A program made the translations under genes and the position numbers. Below the pieces are notes generated by a model. The model was not told the DNA's origin. It saw only the letters and a program-made list of their open reading frames with translations, and did not search any database. From contig OZ024760.1 of NCBI GenBank assembly GCA_964016885.1, positions 2,604,001 through 2,668,000 of the forward strand: a DNA stretch of 64,000 nucleotides. Direction: 5' to 3'. This DNA is from Eledone cirrhosa (Eukaryota). Shown here piece by piece: positions 54,612 through 64,000 of this stretch. Each line of letters begins with the position of its first letter. The first letter of the stretch is position 1.

Positions 54612-55167
54612 TAAGTGCAAATTATATAATTATCATCTAAAACATGCTGCAATATATTTTAAACTAATCTGTTTTATATTTATTTTACAGTCAACAAAAA
54701 TAATAGAAAAATTTTTCAAAAATAATTCAAAGTTTTTCGAAGAATTGGGAACAATGGATACGAGATAAAGCTGAAGATGAAATGGGTTGGAATGAACAGA
54801 GATGGTAGGATAGAGTTGGGTTGGGTTGGGTAGGGTTCCAAATAGAATTTGGTCAATAACAGCTACAGCAGTGGTACTTCCAATAATGGTTCTTCATCCC
54901 ATTTCTTCATGTATAAAAGACATTTTACAAACAACATTTGCAATGTCCATTAATTAAAAAATAAAATAGAAAAATCCACAGCAAAAAGGTGATAAGAACA
55001 CATTTATCATATCTTCTTTGTATTCTATTGATAAATAATTCAGATATATTGATTAAGTTTCACTTAAGTATTAATGGGCTACAAGGGTTTACAGATCTCG
55101 ATGCATCATTTTCAGGATATGACATGTATATATGCTCATATATATATATATATATATTTATATAATG

Positions 55168-55231
<64 letters not shown>

Positions 55232-55291
55232 CATGATGATGATGATATAATAAATACATATGATGTATGTATCATGATGATGATGATGATG

Positions 55292-55322
<31 letters not shown>

Positions 55323-55542
55323 CACATGGTGATGATATAATAAATACATATGATGTATGTATATACATATATATCTATATATATATTTATATATATATTT
55401 ATATATAAATGTATGTATATATATATATACATACCTATATATAAATGTATGTATATACATACATATATATAAATGTATGTATATACATACATATATATAT
55501 ATGTATGTATATACATACATATTTATAAATATATATACATAC

Positions 55543-55589
<47 letters not shown>

Positions 55590-55590
55590 C

Positions 55591-55651
<61 letters not shown>

Positions 55652-55831
55652 CATATGTATAATTACATATACACATACAGCTATAAATTAAAACAATTAT
55701 TTATATTAATATCTGAATTTTCCACATTATTTTGTCGGCATGTTGTTACATTAGAATACATTCTAACATGTTCTGCTTTCAGCATTGATCCATTTGTAAT
55801 TCAATATGCATATATATATATACATATGCAC

Positions 55832-55892
<61 letters not shown>

Positions 55893-55927
55893 ACACACAT
55901 ATGCATATATTATATATATATATGTAT

Positions 55928-56150
55928 TTAAAAGGTAAACAGAAATAACAACACAATCGGTACAGTATATGGAAGGGAAATATTAGCTTAATGCTTGATG
56001 TAGCAGGAAGAGGTTCTTAACGTTTCAGATGCTAGTCCTTCATCGGAAGAAAGAATGAGATATAAGATAGATTGAGGGGGCGGGTGGGTTGGAATTGGAA
56101 AAAATATCTTTAGATAAATATAACAGGTCCATTCATGTTGACATCTCTTA
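55928..56150 (-). mobile_element. Family P3 pLTR copy
   Basis: Reverse complement of 29704-29925; TTCTT-CCGATGA-A-GGA-CTAGCA-TCT-GAAA-CGTT-AAGAA at 56014-56051. Confidence 0.6.
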
Positions 56151-56624
56151 CAAAACTGTTGGTGCTGGCGTTTTGTGTATCCTGGGTTCAATCGGGGGGT
56201 AACCACAGTAAGTAAGGTACTCAATACATAGTAGATGTGGCTTCTACATGACTAGAACTGTTTCGTTCGGAAGAAATCATCAGGACTTTCCTGTTGGCTG
56301 TTGAAGCCAACAACTTAAACTGCTACCATCTCTGTTAGTCAACACTAACAAGAGAACGAAAGAAAACTTCGGACAAAAATATGAACTTTCCTCTCTAAAT
56401 ATGTATGTAAAAACTAAAAAAATTTTTTATCCATTTTATTATTATTGATATAAATATGCAATTTAACTGCACTATACACTTCCGTCACTGAAAAAGCATA
56501 TAAAGCTGAAACTGGTACCACGATTAAATGCGGAAATCCCTACTTTATAAATAAATGTTTTGATATTATACTGAAAAAATCCCTCCAGCATTTTCTACTG
56601 TATTTTTTTCCTTTTTACTTTGTT

Positions 56625-56668
<44 letters not shown>

Positions 56669-56788
56669 CACACACATACACATATATGTATATAGATATA
56701 TATGTATATATATATACATATACACACACATACACATATATATGTATATATATATATATACACACACATACACATATATATATACATA

Positions 56789-56842
<54 letters not shown>

Positions 56843-56912
56843 TACACATATATATACATATACACACACATACACATATATGTATATACATATACACACA
56901 CATACACATATG

Positions 56913-56953
<41 letters not shown>

Positions 56954-57284
56954 TACTGGTGCTTTATTTTATCGACACCCTATAAGGTTGAAAGACATAG
57001 CTAACCTCAGCTGGATTTGAACTCAGAACATAAAGGGCCATAACTCTATGCTACAAAACATGGTGTCCAACACTTTATCAATACTGCCAATTCACCACTC
57101 CTTTGAGCCCAGTTTCAGGCAGTTTACAATGATAAAGGGTTAAGCTGGTGTTTGGAACTTAGCATGACAAATGTTCTTATCTGAAAGCAGTCCATCTTAA
57201 TTTTATGTAAATATAAACACTTTAACCCTTTAGCAACTGAACCAGCTGTATCTGTTCAAACCTGCTGTAACTGGCCACTCATGT

Positions 57285-57695
57285 GGTGGTGGGTGGGTGG
57301 TGATGGTGGTGTTGATGGTGGTGGTGATGATGGTGATGGTGGTGGTGGTGGTTGTGGTGGTGATATGGTGGTGGTGTGGTGGTGGTGGTGGTGGTTGTGA
57401 TGATGATGGTGATGGTCGTGGTTGTGATGATGATGATGATATGGTGGTGGTGGTGGTGGTGTTGATGATGATGATGGTGAGGGTGGTGGTGGTGGTGTTT
57501 GTGATGATGATGATATGGTGGTGGTGGTGTGGTGGTGATGGGGATGATGATGATAATGATGGTGATGGCGATGATGATGATAATGGTGGTGGTGATAATG
57601 GTGATGATGATGATGATGATAGTGGTGGTGGTTGTGATGATGGCGATGATGATGATGATGATGATAGTGGTGGTGGTGGCGGTGGTGATGATGAT
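57285..57695. repeat. (GGT/GAT)n tract
   Basis: Directly visible. Confidence 0.95.
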
Positions 57696-58344
57696 AAACA
57701 CTTTAACATAAACAGCTTTATACCATGGAACGAAGGGAGGATTTTGTGTGGGTTGTCTTCAAAAGGGTTAACTAAAATCCCAAAATCCAAATCATGCAAA
57801 TGACCAAGCAATAAGAAAGCAAAGGAATTATTGAACAGCTAATGATTTAGATCAATCATAAATCTGCCTCGCCCAGTCTTCACAGTTATTCAAGTAGTTC
57901 AAATATTGCCCTATCATATAAAATTGCTTTGAGCTCTCTCATTATCAATACTTTAGATGAGAAATTTCCTTTCAGTTATAAGCTCATAGCAGACAATATA
58001 TTGATTGTTCAACAAAATTCTACTCATAAAGACAAAAGACAAAGTATTAGAAGCACAAGAGAAGTTAGTGGAGATAATTAAGAAGATATTACAATGACAT
58101 GAGAGAAAAATCCAGAACTATTCTTTAGTGAAATGAGATTTTGTAAAGCTTCCCATCAGATTGTGCCAGGACCTGAGAAAGAATAATTATTTACCAATAT
58201 TCAGTACAAACACTGCAACACTAAAATGAAATGTGTATGAAGACTAAAGGCTATAGTGATTTGGCAATCAAATGGAGACATAAGGTCTAAGAGGACCCTT
58301 CCATCTTGCTTGGGATGTAGCAACCTATCTAATGCTGGGACCCT

Positions 58345-58610
58345 GATAAAACGCACCCAGTACACTCTGTAAAGTGGTAGAAATTTGGCCATAATAAAAT
58401 GCACCCAGTACACTCTCTGTAAAGTGGTAGAAATGTTGCCATGATAAAATGCACCCAGTACACTCTGTAAAGTGGTAGAAATGTTGCCATAATAAAATGC
58501 ACAAAGTACACTGTGGAAAGTGTTAGTGCTGGTGTATTGATAAAATACACCCAGTACATCCTGTAAAGTGGTAGTACCAGAGCCTTGATAAAATGCAGCC
58601 AGTACATCCC
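58345..58610. repeat. ~45-55-bp tandem repeat derived from the RTE/SINE tail module
   Basis: ATAAAATGCACCCAGTACACTCTGTAAAGTGGT resembles AAAAGCACCCAGCCCACACTGTAAAGTGG at ~48978. Confidence 0.75.
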
Positions 58611-59213
58611 TAGTTTAGGGATTGTAATGTCAAGTTACTGTAGGTTCACCAAAGTGAGCACTCGGCACGTAGCCTTCAGTATCATATCTATCTATCTAGG
58701 ACGGGTAAAATTCCCCGAGATTCATGGACAAGTTTTCTCCAGTGGTCTCTGTCCCTCATCATCGCTGCCATGTCCTGCGTCTCCAAGAGACTACTGCCTG
58801 TCCTTAGGGCATCAACATGTGTCAACCCCAGTCTTCCTCTTCTATTATCTATTTTATAGTGTCTATTTTAATAACTCTCTGAATGCTTTATGTTTTAACA
58901 TTCATAGCTTATAAATTACAAATAGCATGATATTTTCATTATTATATTTCTAACAATGTATATATATGTGAGTGTGTATATATATGTTTGTGTCAGTGCA
59001 TGAGCATGTGTGCTTCTAGATGTGTGTAGATTTATGTATATCCATGTGTGTGTGTGTGAATATGTAGATTGATGAAATGAATGTGTCTGTGTGTGTCAAG
59101 GCATCTTTATGAAATACACATTGTACATAACTAAATACAAATTATATCTATCAGTATTATATATATATATATTTGTGTGTATATATATATATATATGTAT
59201 GTATATATATATT

Positions 59214-59284
<71 letters not shown>

Positions 59285-59505
59285 TTGTGTATATATATAT
59301 ATATATATACAAATATATATATTTATATATATATATATATATACACAAATATATATATACATATATATATAGTTCATAATTTTACATCAGCTTTTCCCTG
59401 CTTGCAAGGTATATATATATCTATATATATAAATATATATATATATATATAGATATATATAGATATATACATAGATAGATATTTATTTATATAAATATAT
59501 ACATA

Positions 59506-59536
<31 letters not shown>

Positions 59537-60057
59537 TTGTTTGTGTGCGTATGTTAAAATATATATATATATATATATAATTATATGTGTATGTGTGTGT
59601 TTTTATGTAACACATTTTGTGCATATATACTCAACAGAAATGGTTGTAGCGTGGATGTATATGTATCTTATTGTACATGTTTGTGTGTTTCTGAAATATA
59701 CAAATAGACAAATTAGAATTGTGCCTGCATATACATGCACATGTGTGCATATATATATACATGTATATATATACATGTATATATACATGAATATATATAC
59801 ACAAATAGACAAATTAGAATTGTGCCTGCATATGCATGCACATGTGTGCATATATATATACATGTATATATATACATGTATATATATATACACATGTATA
59901 TATACATGTATATATACACATGTATATATAGATGTATATATATACATGTATATATATACATGTATATATATAATGTATATATAAACATGTATATATACAT
60001 GTGTATATATACATGTATATATACACATGTATATATACATGTATATATACACATGTA

Positions 60058-60290
60058 TTTTTTTTTTTTTTAGGAATGATCGACTTTCGTCAAATCGGAC
60101 CGAGGAAACAATGTTTCCATTGGTCTTTCCAATTTCTAGTACTATCTATCGGTCGCAACTCCAGGTAGAAGGAGCAACGTGAAATAAAGTGTCTTGCTCA
60201 AGGACATAACGCATCGCCTGGTCCAGGAATCGAACTCACAACCTCACGATTGCGAATCCAATTCTCTAACCACTCAGCCACACGCCTTCA
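60058..60290 (-). mobile_element. Full-length SINE family B2 with poly(A) tail
   Basis: A box TGGCTGAGTGG, B box GTTCGATTCC, CORE-like TGTCCTTGAGCAAGACACTT, ~14-nt A tail. Confidence 0.9.
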
Positions 60291-60825
60291 CTAATATATG
60301 TATATATACATGTATATATATACATGTATATATATAGATGTATATATATATACATGTATATATAAACATGTATATATACATATACATGTTTATGTTACAT
60401 TATACTATAGACGCTCACAAGTGTATTAACACATACAGCTGTATTTAATATCATACATCGCTCATGTTGATAACATGCAGCACTGTTAAACCTCTGTTCT
60501 TTGTAATCTCATTGCATTCATTGATAGTTTGTGCACTTAAAACCCTTGAATTATCAGTTTAGTGTCAGAGTGCTGGAAACTCTTTTAATTTTCTTGTTGA
60601 TGATGATGTTTCTTGATATTGTCTGCACTCATGTGCATATATATGCAGGAACAATTCTAATTTTTGTCCATTGTGTATTTCAGAAACACACACACATACA
60701 ATACGATACGATACATATAAACCCACAAAACAACAATTTCTGTTGAGTATATATGCACAATGTGTATTACATAAACATACATACACACACACATACACAT
60801 ATATATATATATAGGGGTGAACCTG

Positions 60826-61692
60826 CAGTAAAGGCTTTACCTCTCATAATTATCTCACATAATATCTCACATACCATTTACGTTACTCTACATTTACTAT
60901 TGTATTTTCATGGTAAAGGCTTTACCTTACATAATATCTCACATAACATTTACATTACTCTATATATACTATTGTATTTTCATGGTAAAGGGTTTACCTC
61001 ACATAATTACCTTACATAACATTTACATTACTCTATATTTACTATTGTATTTTCATGGTAAAGGCTTTACCTTACATAATATCTCACATAACATTTACAT
61101 TACTCTATATATACTATTGTATTTTCATGGTAAAGGGTTTACCTCACATAATTACCTTACATAACATTTACATTACTCTATATTTACTATTGTATTTTCA
61201 TGGTAAAGGCTTTACCTCACATAATATCTCGCATAACATTTACATTACTCTATATATACTATTGTATTTTCATGGTAAAGGGTTTACCTCACATAATTAC
61301 CTTACATAACATTTACATTACTCTATATTTACTATTGTATTTTCATGGTAAAGGGTTTACCTCACATAATAATCTCACATAATATCTCGCATAACATTTA
61401 CATTACTCTATATTTACTATTGTATTTTCATGGTAAAGGGTTTACCTCACATAATAATCTCACATAATATCTCACATAACATTCACATTACTCTATATTT
61501 ACTATTGTATTTTCGTGGTAAAGGCTTTATCTTACATAATATCGAATCTATGAGATTATTGAATCTATGATATTATTTATTTTGAGAACAATACCTTAAC
61601 ATCAGTATGAGTCACCAGTTACAGCAGGTTTAAACAGAAAGAGGTGAAAGAATTCTGGCCGGATATGGCCTGTTTAAATGCTAAAGGTTTAA
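60826..61692 (+). mobile_element. MITE (as 14698-14924) whose 5' part expanded into a ~72/73-bp tandem array
   Basis: About 9-10 units of ACATTTACATTACTCTATAT.TACTATTGTATTTTCATGGTAAAGG.TTTACCT.ACATAAT, then the MITE body and right end AAATGCTAAAGGTTTAA. Confidence 0.85.
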
Positions 61693-61708
61693 CAGAGAGT
61701 ATCTTAGT

Positions 61709-61880
61709 AACGAAATAATTAATAGCTTTAGTAAATCCTTTAAACTTCTTCATTAATTAATTGAAACACAGTGTATTTAATTAGAAATAAGAAAATGATG
61801 ATTGCTGATTATATATGCTTTATTTCAATTAATTAATGAAGAATTTTGAGGGATTTACTAAGACTATTAATTATTTCATT
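61709..61880. repeat. Imperfect inverted repeat (MITE-like hairpin)
   Basis: GAAATAATTAATAG...TTAGTAAATCC...TTCTTCATTAATTAATTGAAA versus TTTCAATTAATTAATGAAGAA...GGATTTACTAA...CTATTAATTATTTC. Confidence 0.7.
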
Positions 61881-62811
61881 ATTCAGATAGTAAACAATTA
61901 CGACCCTTTACGGTTTGAGTTCAAATTCTGCTGAGGTTAACTTTGCCTTTCATCTTTATGGGGTTGATAAAATAAAGTACCAGTAATGTACTGGGGTAAT
62001 TGCTGGCCTTGTGTCAAAAGTAGAAACAATTATTAAGATAGTAAAAGGCATGAATTGGCAGCGTCAGACACCATGCTAGTGGCACAGGGTTACGTCCCTT
62101 TACATTCTGAATTCAAATCCCAATGAGATTAGGTTCAGTTTTCATCCTTAAGGGGTCAATAAAATAAAACACCTGTAATGCATTGGGGTCGATTTAACAG
62201 AAACCACTACTAAGACAGTAATTTAAGATATGGTTCTTATGTAAAATTATGCTCTAAGATTTTAATCTGAATTGTGCCTTGGAGGGGAACTTTCTAGATG
62301 CAAATCTCATGGTTATTTGTGACCGAAAGGGGGTCTTTAATCTACATGTAGCATGTTGTGCCAAATACACTATGCAACATATAATCAGCTATTACATATA
62401 CTAGCAGAAATGCTAGTATATGTAGTGTGCATATTTATATTATATGCAAATATACCTGCATGTAGATATGATACATCAAATAAAATCATAATTGAGAATA
62501 TGCACAGAAATTGAAGAGAGACTGTTTTACACGCATTACGGGGAAATGTAATGAAAACGAAACAGGAGAAAATTAGTGACAGAAATATAAACCTTATATA
62601 ACGATGCAAATATATTAACGTTTACATAAACGATGTAATAAGTGTTATGATATAACGGACGCTAACCGGAAGTGTAGACATTTGAACGTTTTAAAAGAAG
62701 TGAATCTTAAAATAAACAATCAACATATATATGAATAGTTATATTTAATCAACAGCTACAAAATTTAGTAGATAAATTATGTAATATTCATTTATTATTT
62801 ATTCAAAGTAA

Positions 62812-62996
62812 GGGCGGTGGATTGGCAGTATCGGTAGAGGGTCGGACGCCATGCTTTCCAGCATAGTTACGTCCCTTTACGATCTGAATTCAAATCCCGC
62901 CGAGATTAACTTTGCCTTTCATCCTTACGGGGTCGATAAAATAAAGTACCAGTAATGCACTGGGTGATTGCTGGCCTTGTGCCTAAAGTAGAAACA
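62812..62996 (+). mobile_element. Intact family-A SINE with long target-site duplication
   Basis: ATTATTTATTCAAAGTAA at 62794-62811 and 62997-63014. Confidence 0.92.
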
Positions 62997-63320
62997 ATTA
63001 TTTATTCAAAGTAATCTAACTTATTTTACTAACGGGATAAAAAAAGATATTCAGGACACAGTCCTGCACTCCCCCCTTTATTATATTATGATAGCACATT
63101 ATACAATATTGACTGTTGTTGTTCTTGTTGTTGTGGTGGTGGTGGTGGTGGGATTTATCATTTTAGCAAGTGGAGTGATTTTAGTTTTAGAAAAATGAAC
63201 CTATAATAAAAAATATATGGAGTTGTGTGTGTGTGTGTCTGTGCAAGAGTATGATGCCCGCCTGGCGAGAATGGGCTGGACCACTACATATATATAGTAG
63301 CGGCCTGAGTAAGTGGGCAA

Positions 63321-64000
63321 GTTGGTACTAGTTCCACAGTTCGTGTGTTGATAGTCAAAGTTGGTACTAGTTCTACAGTTCATATGTTGATAGTCAAAGT
63401 TGGTACTAGTTCCACAGTTCGTGTGTTGATAGTCAAAGTTGGTACTAGTTCCACAGTTCGTATGTTGATAGTCAAAGTTGGTACTAGTTCCACAGTTCGT
63501 GTGTTGATAGTCAAAGTTGGTACTAGTTCCACAGTTCGTGTGTTGATAGTCAAAGTTGGTACTAGTTCCACAGTTCATGTGTTAATAGTCAAAGTTGGTA
63601 TTAGTTCCACAGTTCATATGTTGATAGTCAAAGTTGGTACTAGTTCCACAGTTGGTGTGTTGATAGTCAAAGTTGGTACTAGTTCCACAGATCGTGTGTT
63701 GGTAGTCAAAGTTGGTACTAGTTCCACAGTTCGTATGTTGATAGTCAAAGTTGGTACTAGTTCCACAGTTCGTATGTTGATAGTCAAAGTTGGTACTAGT
63801 TCCACAGTTCGTATGTTGATAGTCAAAGTTGGTACTAGTTCCACAGTTCTTGTGTTGATAGTCAAAGTTGGTACTAGTTCCACAGTTCGTGTGTTGATAG
63901 TCAAAGTTGGTACTAGTTCCACAGTTCGTATGTTGATAGTCAAAGTTGGTACTAGTTCCACAGTTCGTGTGTTGGTAGTCAAAGTTGGTATTAGTTCCAC
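63321..64000. repeat. 39-bp minisatellite (about 17 copies), runs off window end
   Basis: GTTGGTACTAGTTCCACAGTTCGTGTGTTGATAGTCAAA. Confidence 0.97.

Noticed and set aside
54707-54808. Peptide KIIQSFSKNWEQW loosely recalling an RFX-family segment
   Set aside because: Only a few residues of similarity; in-frame stops lie immediately upstream after the best acceptor; no neighbouring exons found.
57790-58300. Purine-rich unique stretch resembling decayed coding sequence
   Set aside because: No ORF of 60 aa or more on the plus strand and no motif I can recognise.
60200-60290. Possible tRNA gene
   Set aside because: A and B boxes are present, but the sequence continues into a SINE body and poly(A) with no proper acceptor stem.
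63201-64000. ORFs of HTNCGTSTNFDYQ or TVELVPTLTINTR repeats
   Set aside because: Read-through of a 39-bp minisatellite open in more than one frame; no non-repetitive coding context.

Overview
AT-rich, repeat-saturated eukaryotic DNA with no credible host protein-coding gene. The ORF track is essentially microsatellite or satellite read-through and decayed retrotransposon sequence. The repeat families (tRNA-headed SINEs with Meta-like or CORE-like domains, RTE and CR1-type LINE 3' ends, a TTAA-bounded MITE, very long TA/CA/GA tracts) look like those of an octopod cephalopod; this is inference from remembered repeat consensus sequences. Main contents: a ~14.5 kb 36-bp satellite with higher-order duplications (1-14510), several other minisatellites (some clearly grown out of internal pieces of transposons), a 200-N gap (38527-38726), and dozens of SINE/LINE fragments. 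The most interesting signal is a set of short non-coding elements, mostly beside (TA)n tracts, carrying minimal type I hammerhead ribozyme motifs (stem I-CUGANGA-stem II-GAAA-very short, often palindromic stem III-UH-stem I'). I count about 9 good and 6 degenerate motifs from at least 5 sequence-distinct families, with compensatory stem II changes. Four of these elements are fold-back palindromes with a one-sided tail. This matches the architecture known for Penelope-like element pseudo-LTRs, but no RT or GIY-YIG coding sequence is visible in the window. All coordinates were read by eye; element boundaries are approximate.
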